Shown here piece after piece: positions 13,617 to 26,307 of a stretch of 64,000 bases of DNA. Source of the DNA: Octopus bimaculoides (Eukaryota); contig NC_068994.1 in assembly GCF_001194135.2 (NCBI RefSeq), positions 56,433,781 through 56,497,780 on the forward strand. Reading direction: 5' to 3'. The notes under the pieces were generated by a model. It did no database searches. It saw only the letters and a list, made by a program, of their open reading frames with translations, and was not told the DNA's origin. Within the stretch, counting starts at the first letter, position 1. Each line of letters begins with the position of its first letter. Both the position numbers and the translations under genes were made by a program.

Positions 13617-13800
13617 GGCGAAATGGCCCAGTGGTTAGGGCAGCGGACTCGCGGTCGTAGGATTGCAGTTTCGATTCCCAGACCGGGCATTGTGAGTGTT
13701 TATTGAGCGAAAACACCTAAAAGCTCCACGAGGCTCTCGGCAGGAGTGGGGGGGGTGAACCCTGCTGTACTCTTTCAACACAACTTTCTCTCACTCTTCT
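13617..13800 (+). mobile_element. tRNA-derived SINE, family B (5' half)
   Basis: ggcgaaatggcccagtggttagggcagcgg (A-box), gtttcgattcc (B-box), gagtgtttattgagcgaaaacacc. Confidence 0.85.
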
Positions 13801-13939
13801 CTCTAATGTAGTATGTAATGGCTGTACTCTTATCAGACGGGTGGTCATGATGGGTATATTGGAATTCGTATATTTCTACTCCAGTGTCACTTTGATGGCA
13901 TGCACTGCTCTCTCACTCAATAATAATGATGATGATGAT

Positions 13940-14510
13940 GATTTCTTTATTAACCACAAAGGTTTACATTAAGAAAAACTTTTTGGACAGTATAGGACAA
14001 AACAAAGAACATGTGTGTGTATAATAAGGCACAAAGCCTGAAATTTTGGGATAGGGGCTCGTCAATTACAGAGACCCCAGTACTTGTCAGGTACTTTTTT
14101 ATCGACCCCGAAATGATAAAATGCAATGTTGACCTCGACGGCATAATAACTCACAATGTAAAACCGGAAGAAATAACACCAGGCATTTTGTCCGACGCAC
14201 CAGTAATTCTGCCAGCTCACTGCTTTATTGATAATACTGATAATGATTATTTTTTTTATTACTCAAGAGAGCTCAAAGCACACAAGGCTGTACAGAGGAT
14301 AGAACACAAGACATGGTGGAGGGAGGGCGGTTTCGTTTGACGTGTAAAAATGTTAAAAGAGAAAAAAATCCCCAAAAGTAACAACAGAGTATACTCCAAT
14401 GGAACAGATCGCTTCTTTGCATCCAATGAAGCAAACCCTACAAAAAATACGTTTTCCCCTGACCATTAAGGTCATTTGCTCACTCTCACATTTCGTTTCA
14501 CGGCTTACAG
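13940..14510 (-). mobile_element. Probable Tx1-like LINE 3' UTR remnant interrupted by a SINE
   Basis: Minus-strand end ...aaacctttgtggttaataaagaaat resembles the 3' end at 16165-16190 (aaaccctgtgtggctaataaagaag); pyrimidine-rich UTR-like sequence upstream; SINE inserted at 14026-14226. Confidence 0.35.
14026..14226 (-). mobile_element. Diverged family A SINE
   Basis: ctgccagctcac head (reverse), atcgaccccgaa and aggcacaaagcctgaaatttt tail. Confidence 0.7.
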
Positions 14511-14618
14511 ATGCATGCTGGAAGTAAAACAATTCACAACAACAATAATTTAAAGAGAATTGTTACAAAAAATACAGTGACTACAACAGACAAAATGGCG
14601 TCAAAAGCAAACACTTAC

Positions 14619-14754
14619 CTCAAGTTGTACTCAGTTCTGATACCAGAAGCTGGCGTCTTTTAAGAATTTCCAATCCTATTCCATCGGAGCCTTTCATTTT
14701 TGTTTAAAGTTGTTCGTTAGGTGCAAGGGAGTTAAAGTTGATAATGGACGTAAC
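14619..14754 (-). other. Candidate non-coding (5' UTR/lncRNA) exon
   Basis: Acceptor ttctttattttatgcag and perfect donor AG|GTAAGT; 136 nt; stops in all three frames. Confidence 0.4.
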
Positions 14755-15064
14755 CTGCATAAAATAAAGAAAGGATTTAGTAATAGGGAAAACCATTAGA
14801 AAAATTCACTGACGCATATAGGTTTATATGTGTCGTTTCTCGATAGAGTGAGTCAGCCATTCTACATATCTGCAGTTCGGCAATTTTAAGTGTCTTTCTA
14901 TTTTTCTCAACGACTCACGTAAATATGGTTATACGTGCATGCAAATATTTTTATATATGATGTATATATATAATATTATATTCGTAAACATGTATGCAAT
15001 ATATACACATTTATATATATCCACACGCACACTTCTCAAGTATGTATGTTAAACCCTATATATG

Positions 15065-15112
<48 letters not shown>

Positions 15113-15407
15113 CATATGCTTATGCATATACAAGTAAATGAATGAATGTGTACTTTTGACTGTATATGTATGGTGTGTGTGTGTGTGTGTGTGTGTGTAC
15201 GAATGTGCGTATACAAAACATATAACAACAAGTGTGATACGTGACATGCACGAAATTCTCTGTCCCTAAGTAACTTTTCAAACTTTCTGCCGATCAAAAA
15301 GAATAAACCTGCTTCAACGTAATCTAGGAGAGATTGTCTCCTGTATAAGTTAACTTCCAGGACACTTAACGTGTTTCAAAACATGAAAATACTGCATATA
15401 TCGAAAA

Positions 15408-16190
15408 GCATTACCTGTTCGGGATAAGCTCTACAGGCACGGTTCGAGGCACACCAGACCCACTTGCCCGAGATACTGTCAAAGTGATGAAACCGTTCTG
15501 CACGCACTCGTGCAAGTGTCCAACCATTTCGGACCTGTGGGCTTATGCCGAACGGCTGCTGTCACCTGTGGGACGAGTCCGCGTGTCGGCCGAGTCTATT
15601 GTGACAATTGCTCCGCCACCTTCTCTCAACCAGGAAGGCAAAGCAGTCTTCATCGTACTGGTGGCCATGGTGAAAGAATGTGTGTGGTGGACCCGAGCGA
15701 AACGATTAGAGACGAAAACTTACCTCTCTGGCCAGTCGCTCGTCAACTTTTTCAAGTACCACTTGAAAAGGAAGGTGAGAATGGAGAAGCAGGTTTTGTC
15801 TCGTGAAAGTTTCAAAAGCAGGTGAGTGAACGTAGCAACGACGCTGCGTGCGAGTGACGAAACCACTTTGAGCATGATCGTGTAAATTGATAAAAGAGAG
15901 AGAGCATTTTGTTCTCATGCGTTTATTCCCTCCCTGCCTAAGGTTAGCATGGTCTTTTCCGTAGGCTTTTCTTTCCACAGATAAACCTAATCTTGCTTCT
16001 TACATTTTAAAAATTTCTTCCGTGATACACTATCCCTTTTGATCGTTTTTTTTTTCCCGATCCCTTTTGATCGGAATTTTACTTTCTTATTTTTCCCCTT
16101 CTTTTCATTTTCGAAAAGAAAGCTCTACATTTATATTTATCTCCCACCCCCCACCCTCTGTTAAACCCTGTGTGGCTAATAAAGAAGGTT
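15408..16190 (+). mobile_element. 5'-truncated Tx1/L1-clade LINE 3' end (CCHC zinc knuckle region + 3' UTR), inactive
   Basis: ALPVRDKLYRHGSRHTRPTCPRYCQSDETVLHALVQ, then a +1 frameshift, then CPTISDLWAYAERLLSPVGRV...FFKYHLKRKVRMEKQVLSRESFKSR*. C-x3-C...H...C knuckle typical of L1/Tx1 ORF2; ORF ends about 15885; T-rich 3' UTR ends AATAAAGAAG then (TATC)n. Confidence 0.8.
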
Positions 16191-16326
16191 ATCTATCTAT
16201 CTATCTACCTAGCTGTCTGTCTATCTATCTATCTATCTAGCTGTCTTTCTATCTATTTATCACACCCTCCCTCTCTCTCTCTCTCTACCTACCTACCTGT
16301 CTGTCTGTCTGTCTGTCTATCTATTC

Positions 16327-16527
16327 GTCCTGCAGTATCCGTTCCGGCTTTGATTTCAAATGCTATCTATGTCGACTTTGTCTTTCACTCTTCCGCTGTC
16401 GATAATATAAAATTCCAGCAAATTACTGGGGGGCAATTTAATCAACCAGGCTCCCTCCACAAAATTCCAGGCCTTCTGCCTATGTGAGAAACAGTTTTTT
16501 TTAGTATTTGACTTTCTCTAAGGCGGC
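16327..16527 (+). repeat. Inverted duplicate of 8281-8480
   Basis: About 200 bp identical to the reverse complement of 8281-8480, except one substitution and one poly-T length difference. Confidence 0.95.
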
Positions 16528-16596
16528 ATCTATATCTATCCACGTATCTACATCTACGTTTCTCCATCCCTCCCTCCATCCAAAATTGTGTGTGTA

Positions 16597-16653
<57 letters not shown>

Positions 16654-16894
16654 GCGTGTGTGTATGTGTTCGTATGATGGACTGAAGAAACATTACTTAA
16701 GAGCACGTTGTTAGAGTGTGAATTATATGTTTCCTCCCTTATCATATGAAGTCGATACCTTACCAACGGTTTCATATAGCGATGCATATCGCTATATATC
16801 AATGTCTATTGAGAATTAACGCTGATATAGAGGAATATATTTCGGCTGGTTGAAACCATTGGATTCAATTTCCAAGAAGCAGCACAGAAAATTA

Positions 16895-16925
<31 letters not shown>

Positions 16926-17482
16926 ATGTATATGTATATAAACACAGATATATACATTAGTTGGTATACCTAAAAGAAGTTTAACCTTAGCTATAGAATA
17001 TAAAAGTAAAAACGTATTGCGTACTTTACATATATATGTTTTAGAGAGGTAAAAAAAATTTATAAAATGTAATTTATATAAAAAATATAAATTGCTACAA
17101 ATGTAATCTTCCTCCCCCCTCTCTCTTTCCATACCTGAACGGGTTTGTATGTATGTCTGTGTTAGTGTGTGTAGGAACCGAAGCCGTACATTCCGGGTTA
17201 CCTTGGAAAGCATGTATACCGCACACGAACATACACAGACAGAAGCAAGAGAGCCAAAGATGGTAAATTTTCTTTATAATAATTCTTTTCTAGCAATATT
17301 ATGATATAATCTGGCTGTAATTTGTTTTCAAATCTAATAATACACACTGAGGAACGAAGATTAAGTCAGCTTGAAGTTGTATTATGTATAGAAATAGCCT
17401 AAAGTTTATACTTGTAGCAGAAGAGCTAGCTTCTATACAGAACTAGACACCATGTCAGTCGCCACCATGCCACCATACATTT

Positions 17483-17529
<47 letters not shown>

Positions 17530-17566
17530 GAGATAGATAGATAGATAGATAGNNNNNNNNNNTGTA

Positions 17567-17606
<40 letters not shown>

Positions 17607-18302
17607 TATATTGTTCAAATATATACACATGCACTATGCGACTTATATATATTTTAGCCTAGATATTTGGTTCATTTTTCAAACGAAATTGCACATAAAC
17701 CAAATACATATTCACACTTAGACATGTACAAACACACACATATACATACACACACGCACGCGCGCACACGCTCTAATACTCATCTACACAGATATATATA
17801 TAGGCTCGTTTAAACATATGCACGAACGCATACGAAAGTTGGAAAACACACACACACACTCACTCACACAAATATATGTTTTATAATCGAATTGAGAGAT
17901 ATGTAGAAAAGATATTTGTATCATTTTGTTTGTGTGTGTGTGATTGTATAATATAAGAAATATAATACGCTTGAACCGGTATATATATATATATATATAC
18001 CGGTTTAAACATATAATATAATATATATATATTTATATATGTACACATACACGCATACGTGCATATATTTGTATATATACATACATGAGTATATATGTAT
18101 ATCGAGTTTGCACACATATATATATATTTATATACAGATATACATTCGCATACATATATATATATAACATATACACACACAGGCACTTTACGCACACTCG
18201 CTCACGCACACACACATACACATTCTATGGTAGTGTACGGAGAAGGCTTTTACAAGATTTAGATATAAATTTGCATATTGTTGCAGGAGATTGCTTTAAC
18301 AG

Positions 18303-18425
18303 ATGGATGACTATCTCACCGATAGATACTCAACTGTGAAATATGATAGAAAAACTTCGTATCAGCCAGACAGACTGGTGCATCCAGAGTTGCGTGCCTT
18401 GTTCAAAGATAGAAATTTGAATTGA
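18303..18425 (+). CDS. Candidate 40-aa small ORF or terminal exon, unknown product
   Basis: ttgctttaacag|ATG followed by MDDYLTDRYSTVKYDRKTSYQPDRLVHPELRALFKDRNLN* in unique, non-repetitive sequence; no homology recognised. Confidence 0.2.
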   Translation: MDDYLTDRYSTVKYDRKTSYQPDRLVHPELRALFKDRNLN

Positions 18426-18857
18426 TGAATTTCTGTTCCGACATAGACATAGAAAGAGAGAGGGTGGAGATTACATTTGTAGCAATTTACTTATTTTTTT
18501 ATATATAAATTACAGCAACAATAACAATAATAACAACTACTATAGACATTCTGTTGAAACATTAAGGCTCAGTCTATATGGCTGACAAACTGGTTCTTAC
18601 TTCACCGTGTTATACTATGTTTATATTGAGAATACGGAGGGACACATTACAAGTTGAGTTTGAGAGATTTGGTTACTATTTCTAGCAAGGCGTGCGACGA
18701 AGTAGCTATTCTACTGTAGCCCAGTCACACATATACACGCAACAACAGCAACAACAACAACAAAATAAGTAAAAATATAGTAATGATATCAAAATGCAGG
18801 ATAAACTTCGCAGAGTGCAATCAGTTCATATTTTGTTATTGTTGGTGCTGTTGCTGC

Positions 18858-19130
18858 CGCCGATTGGTTTCTGATCTGCGTCGATCGAGATTTATAAAAA
18901 CATATTGGAAAACACACACAAAAAAAAAAAGCATGATGAAAGAAAAGAAAAAAGCAATTGAGCCCTTTTTTCTCTTCCTGTTGTTCCTAGTGTCACAATG
19001 CACCTAAGAGTCGCACATTAAACAATGCATCAGTTTTTTTCCCCCTACTTTAAAATTCTTGAGTGTGATTCGCGGAGATTCTGTCGATACATCAAGTAAC
19101 TCCAGCCACCGCTTAATGACTTCCGGAAGT
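18858..19130. promoter_or_regulatory. Promoter-like motif cluster (CCAAT box, palindromic double Ets site)
   Basis: gccgattgg (reverse CCAAT) at about 18858-18866; perfect ACTTCCGGAAGT at 19119-19130; locally CpG-rich. Confidence 0.3.
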
Positions 19131-19192
19131 TCAAATTTAGTTGTTGACCTTCGTCCACTTCAATTATCTCTCCTAGATTCTTCTTCTTATTA

Positions 19193-19229
<37 letters not shown>

Positions 19230-19636
19230 TATTATTGTTATTATTATTTATTGACTTTTGATGTTTATGCTTTTGATATATACGTATAGTTCGTTTGAAA
19301 TAAACAATATGGCGAGTTTGATCTTCCAAAGCCATGGTGCTAAAATGAAGTCGAAAAATTCATGAACCGATATACAACAATAGCGTATGTGCTTATATCG
19401 AAATACCTTTTTTGTTGTTTTTTTTTTTTGTTTTTTGTCTTTTAAATTGTTACACTTGCGAAAACATGCATATTCATCATACATACACGCAACATATCTA
19501 CTCAACACACGAGACACCAACGCCGGTATGAATGGCTATTGCACACACATTTAAGCATTCCCATTGTTCAGTTATGAAAAAAAAAAAAAAAGAGCAAAGA
19601 CTAAAAACGAACTTCTCAGCTACAACTACTAAAAGC

Positions 19637-19678
<42 letters not shown>

Positions 19679-19798
19679 GGTAATTTCTTTTTTATTGCCC
19701 ATAAGGGGCCAAGGCATTCAGGGCCATGTTAAACGATGAAATATCAGATGCATATACATACATGAATGTGATGCCTATCTATCTATCTATCTATCTCC

Positions 19799-19872
<74 letters not shown>

Positions 19873-20623
19873 GCCTATCTATCTATCTATCTGCCTATCT
19901 ATCTATCTCTTAGCATTCTTTATTTCTGCCATTGTCACTTTGATTTCTTGCCTACTTGGTTTGAATCTGCGAACGAATTTTAAGGATTGGTATACATTGA
20001 CAGCAGTCAGGGCCAATGCAGGACACGAAAGGGCACGGTTGCGCTGGCTGCAGTGGAAGGTCCAGTCCCCTTGCGTCTGCTATCTTTGTGAGTGGCCCTA
20101 CGGCTGTTTTCCAAGGTCGAGACAGTATGGTTGATGGTGAGACGTATATAAAATATGCAATGTTCGTCTCGAAACATTACATTCCCCAATGTCACCCTCC
20201 CTCCTTCCTACGCAGCGTAATTTTAAGGTAAAATCTGTAAAAATCTGCGCAATACGTTTATCACAATAACTAGAAATGTCGCCAAACGAATTTAAACAAA
20301 GATAAAAGCCAAACTACAGAGACTGAGGTATTTATCCGATAATGTGGTATCATTAAAATATATGATATCGTCTGTGTAGTTATCTTATTCGGTTTCGGCT
20401 ATGTTTTTATTTGTTTTCTTATTTAAGTCTAAGCTGAATAATCATGGAACTACACATTAAAAAGCACACCTTTACCTTCCACTACCTCCTTCACAGTGTG
20501 TGTGTGTGTGTGTGTGTATGTGTGTGTAAGTGGGAGTGCGCATGAGTGAGTGTGCGTGTACCTGGATGTGAGTGTAGGCATGTAAGTTGTATGAACTGTT
20601 GAATTTATGACATGTACGTAAAT

Positions 20624-20691
<68 letters not shown>

Positions 20692-22105
20692 NNNNNNNNN
20701 NNNNNNNNNNNNNNNNNNNNNNNNNNNNNNNNNNNNNNNNNNNNNNNNNNNNNNNNNNNNNNNNNNNNNNNNNNNNNNNNNNNNNNNNNNNNNNNNNNNN
20801 NNNNNNNNNNNNNNNNNNNNNNNNNNNNNNNNNNNNNNNNNNNNNNNNNNNNNNNNNNNNNNNNNNNNNNNNNNNNNNNNNNNNNNNNNNNNNNNNNNNN
20901 NNNNNNNNNNNNNNNNNNNNNNNNNNNNNNNNNNNNNNNNNNNNNNNNNNNNNNNNNNNNNNNNNNNNNNNNNNNNNNNNNNNNNNNNNNNNNNNNNNNN
21001 NNNNNNNNNNNNNNNNNNNNNNNNNNNNNNNNNNNNNNNNNNNNNNNNNNNNNNNNNNNNNNNNNNNNNNNNNNNNNNNNNNNNNNNNNNNNNNNNNNNN
21101 NNNNNNNNNNNNNNNNNNNNNNNNNNNNNNNNNNNNNNNNNNNNNNNNNNNNNNNNNNNNNNNNNNNNNNNNNNNNNNNNNNNNNNNNNNNNNNNNNNNN
21201 NNNNNNNNNNNNNNNNNNNNNNNNNNNNNNNNNNNNNNNNNNNNNNNNNNNNNNNNNNNNNNNNNNNNNNNNNNNNNNNNNNNNNNNNNNNNNNNNNNNN
21301 NNNNNNNNNNNNNNNNNNNNNNNNNNNNNNNNNNNNNNNNNNNNNNNNNNNNNNNNNNNNNNNNNNNNNNNNNNNNNNNNNNNNNNNNNNNNNNNNNNNN
21401 NNNNNNNNNNNNNNNTATATATATATATATATATATATATTGCTCAAATATACATTGTATCTCCAAAGAGATTTTCACTCAGACAAAAACCGCAACATTA
21501 TACATTTCAACGGTGTATATACGTTCAGCATGATACACAGATAGCAATTTATTTACGCTGTTTTAATTGCGTTCACACCCGACACACATACACTCTTCTC
21601 AAACGTAAATAAACATTAGCATTTTGGAAGATAGATTTCTAGAAACAAAATCAATTCATGTGATGCATTGAAATACTTAATCCAATATTCAACAGACATG
21701 TCTCGCGCAGATTTTTAAATATTTAACCCGTCTGGGCATCGCATTAATGAGTAATGTCCACACAGATGAAACGATAGATTGGGAGATGTCTATTTACTTT
21801 TGCCGTGACTGTGTATATGTGTGTGTATGCGTGTGTGTGTATTTATGTGTATGCAAACATACACACGCACACACACACATACATAGTTATATATACACAC
21901 ACAACCAGGTGTACTTATACATACATGCATATATATATATATATGTGCGTGTGTGTGTGTGTGTGTGTGTGTACATATATATATATATACACACATATAT
22001 ACATACATATATACACATATATATATATATACATATATATTTGATATACATATTCACATAAATTTGTATAATGTAAATATATATATTTACGAACACACTC
22101 ACATA

Positions 22106-22143
<38 letters not shown>

Positions 22144-22279
22144 TACAGGTTTGTAGCAATATTAGATGATAAATGTCGATAGAAGACTGTTATGATTTGT
22201 CCAGTATCACCAAGACGAGGATGTTGCAAACACGATTTCTTGAATATCATGAGTGCGTGTGTGTGTGTGTGATAGATAA

Positions 22280-22335
<56 letters not shown>

Positions 22336-23368
22336 GAAGGTAGTGTTGTCAGCATGGTAACTGATAAGTTTTGATTAAAAATGCATGCAGGAATTTTAAG
22401 TGCAAGTCTGTCAACACGATGCAACACAGTTCCAAAAGAAAACGACAAATAATTATTTGTATGGTTGTTTGTGTGTGTCTATTTCTGTGTATGTGAGTCT
22501 GTGTGTTTCTGTATGTCTTTCAACATATAAACAACGTAACACATACTTCAGAAAAAAAAGTCTCTCCCCATNNNNNNNNNNNNNNNNNNNNNNNNNNNNN
22601 NNNNNNNNNNNNNNNNNNNNNNNNNNNNNNNNNNNNNNNNNNNNNNNNNNNNNNNNNNNNNNNNNNNNNNNNNNNNNNNNNNNNNNNNNNNNNNNNNNNN
22701 NNNNNNNNNNNNNNNNNNNNNNNNNNNNNNNNNNNNNNNNNNNNNNNNNNNNNNNNNNNNNNNNNNNNNNNNNNNNNNNNNNNNNNNNNNNNNNNNNNNN
22801 NNNNNNNNNNNNNNNNNNNNNNNNNNNNNNNNNNNNNNNNNNNNNNNNNNNNNNNNNNNNNNNNNNNNNNNNNNNNNNNNNNNNNNNNNNNNNNNNNNNN
22901 NNNNNNNNNNNNNNNNNNNNNNNNNNNNNNNNNNNNNNNNNNNNNNNNNNNNNNNNNNNNNNNNNNNNNNNNNNNNNNNNNNNNNNNNNNNNNNNNNNNN
23001 NNNNNNNNNNNNNNNNNNNNNNNNNNNNNNNNNNNNNNNNNNNNNNNNNNNNNNNNNNNNNNNNNNNNNNNNNNNNNNNNNNNNNNNNNNNNNNNNNNNN
23101 NNNNNNNNNNNNNNNNNNNNNNNNNNNNNNNNNNNNNNNNNNNNNNNNNNNNNNNNNNNNNNNNNNNNNNNNNNNNNNNNNNNNNNNNNNNNNNNNNNNN
23201 NNNNNNNNNNNNNNNNNNATATATGAAGCTGAAGATTCGGACGTTGCTGGAGTAGTTTTCCGCTTTGCGATCTTATATATAAATATTACAAACAAAATCT
23301 ACACCACTGAGGCGCACTGTCTTCTTTTCTCGTTTACGAAACTAAAGCTGTTAGCATCGCATGGAACG

Positions 23369-23410
<42 letters not shown>

Positions 23411-23438
23411 AACTGACCAAATCAAAATGGCGGCTTAC

Positions 23439-23518
23439 TTATTTGTCTTAAAACCGAACAGCTTCAAACATGCCAGAAAGAAATGTCAGTTTGCTTGTGT
23501 GGAAACAACTTCCAGAGG
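23439..23518 (-). other. Candidate non-coding exon
   Basis: Acceptor catttgttcacag, donor AA|GTAAGC; 80 nt; stops in all frames. Confidence 0.25.
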
Positions 23519-24333
23519 CTGTGAACAAATGTGATTTTACTTGAATGCATGCGTGAATAGATGCGGTCTTGCATATCATCGACCGATGAATTGGTGCATG
23601 GTAGAAAAACACTGCAGCATTTGTTGCAATTGCTGTTATATATAACCNNNNNNNNNNNNNNNNNNNNNNNNNNNNNNNNNNNNNNNNNNNNNNNNNNNNN
23701 NNNNNNNNNNNNNNNNNNNNNNNNNNNNNNNNNNNNNNNNNNNNNNNNNNNNNNNNNNNNNNNNNNNNNNNNNNNNNNNNNNNNNNNNNNNNNNNNNNNN
23801 NNNNNNNNNNNNNNNNNNNNNNNNNNNNNNNNNNNNNNNNNNNNNNNNNNNNNNNNNNNNNNNNNNNNNNNNNNNNNNNNNNNNNNNNNNNNNNNNNNNN
23901 NNNNNNNNNNNNNNNNNNNNNNNNNNNNNNNNNNNNNNNNNNNNNNNNNNNNNNNNNNNNNNNNNNNNNNNNNNNNNNNNNNNNNNNNNNNNNNNNNNNN
24001 NNNNNNNNNNNNNNNNNNNNNNNNNNNNNNNNNNNNNNNNNNNNNNNNNNNNNNNNNNNNNNNNNNNNNNNNNNNNNNNNNNNNNNNNNNNNNNNNNNNN
24101 NNNNNNNNNNNNNNNNNNNNNNNNNNNNNNNNNNNNNNNNNNNNNNNNNNNNNNNNNNNNNNNNNNNNNNNNNNNNNNNNNNNNNNNNNNNNNNNNNNNN
24201 NNNNNNNNNNNNNNNNNNNNNNNNNNNNNNNNNNNNNNNNNNNNNNNNNNNNNNNNNNNNNNNNNNNNNNNNNNNNNNNNNNNNNNNNNNNNNNNNNNNN
24301 NNNNNNNNNNNNNNNNNNNNNNNNNNNNNNNNN

Positions 24334-24374
<41 letters not shown>

Positions 24375-24492
24375 CGTGCGTGCGTGTATGTGTAAGCGCG
24401 TGTTAATCCTTGATCCATGATTTTTTATATTTAATTGACGGATTACTCGATACTTTTGCAGAGTACAAATTTATTATTCTTCAATAAGAATA

Positions 24493-24542
24493 GTATTGGC
24501 AGTGATTTCGAAGTTTCGGCATCTAAGCCATCATCGTAATAC
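24493..24542 (-). ncRNA. Degenerate minimal hammerhead-like motif
   Basis: Minus strand: gtattaC-GATGA-T-GGC-ttagat-GCC-GAAACTTCGAAATC-actgccaatac. Short stem II and near-palindromic stem III; the core lacks U4. Confidence 0.4.
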
Positions 24543-24832
24543 GTACACACATACAAACAGAGAGTAATAAACAGTCTGGCAACTGATGAGGAGTTATCGT
24601 CTTTTAGTATTTTGTTCCGTACTTTTCTCTTCTGTTTTTACGCATTTTTCACTCGTTGGTGATGTCCTGTACGCAATGTGTATTTTTTAGTTTATTTTTG
24701 TGTGCGTGTAGGAATATATTTTCTACTGAAGTGATTTTGCTTGAAATTGTTTTTATAGCTCTAAGCCTACGATGATTAAACAAACTCGTAATCACAAGCG
24801 CTACCGTCATGAACGTTCCAGTAGTTCTTGTT

Positions 24833-24883
<51 letters not shown>

Positions 24884-25553
24884 TACTTCATAAACGTTGA
24901 AATACAACTTACACACAAACACATGTTTAATTTACATGTCCACTGTTAGCTGAAATTTTTGGCGTCAATAATTTATCAATCAAACAAGCTGCCAAGAATG
25001 CGTCATTTATGCAAATCGGTGTATCTGCTTTAATAAAACCCTGAACAATATTGGATATCTGACTATATATATATATATATATATGGTATCATCGTGGAGT
25101 GTTGGAGATCAGGTGGACGGATAATGGCCAGATTTCAAAATGGATCGAAACCAAGAGTACATGACCCTCATTTTGTGTGTGTCTATGGTGAGAGTGTGTA
25201 AACAGATGGTTGTTTGCAAATGGCCGATGTATTTGTGTTTAATTTACGCAGGCAGCGCTGATTGAAATTTATAAATATAAACTCCAGTACATTATATATA
25301 CACATAATGTATTGTGTGCCTGTGAGATAGTGACTATGTATGTATGTATGTATGTATGTATGTATACATATATGAATGCATATATGTATACATACATGCA
25401 CATACAAATATATATATATACTCACACACACACAAGCACAAATGACGTATGTTTTGATTTATATACATACACAAGTGGTGTATATTGGTTTGTGCGTGTG
25501 TATACCTACCTATCTACCTACCTACCAACCTACATACATACATGCATATACAC

Positions 25554-25594
<41 letters not shown>

Positions 25595-26143
25595 NNNNNN
25601 NNNNNNNNNNNNNNNNNNNNNNNNNNNNNNNNNNNNNNNNNNNNNNNNNNNNNNNNNNNNNNNNNNNNNNNNNNNNNNNNNNNNNNNNNNNNNNNNNNNN
25701 NNNNNNNNNNNNNNNNNNNNNNNNNNNNNNNNNNNNNNNNNNNNNNNNNNNNNNNNNNNNNNNNNNNNNNNNNNNNNNNNNNNNNNNNNNNNNNNNNNNN
25801 NNNNNNNNNNNNNNNNNNNNNNNNNNNNNNNNNNNNNNNNNNNNNNNNNNNNNNNNNNNNNNNNNNNNNNNNNNNNNNNNNNNNNNNNNNNNNNNNNNNN
25901 NNNNNNNNNNNNNNNNNNNNNNNNNNNNNNNNNNNNNNNNNNNNNNNNNNNNNNNNNNNNNNNNNNNNNNNNNNNNNNNNNNNNNNNNNNNNNNNNNNNN
26001 NNNNNNNNNNNNNNNNNNNNNNNNNNNNNNNNNCGTATACACAGATATATTCATAAATATAGACATCTATATATACATGCGTATATAAACCCATTTTAAT
26101 ATTCATATATAAGCATGTATATGTATATATAAACACACGCAAG

Positions 26144-26175
<32 letters not shown>

Positions 26176-26251
26176 GACACACAGACACATACACATATAT
26201 ATTCATGCGAATTCACACGCGCACCTGCTCAGTAGTGCCCGTATATATATG

Positions 26252-26307
<56 letters not shown>

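Noticed and set aside
13617-13690. tRNA-like sequence
   Set aside because: A/B boxes belong to a SINE head that continues into a SINE body found elsewhere in the window; no proper cloverleaf, so not a tRNA gene.
20008-20100. Possible small hAT element (cagggcca...tggccct)
   Set aside because: Only 7-bp terminal match and no 8-bp target duplication.
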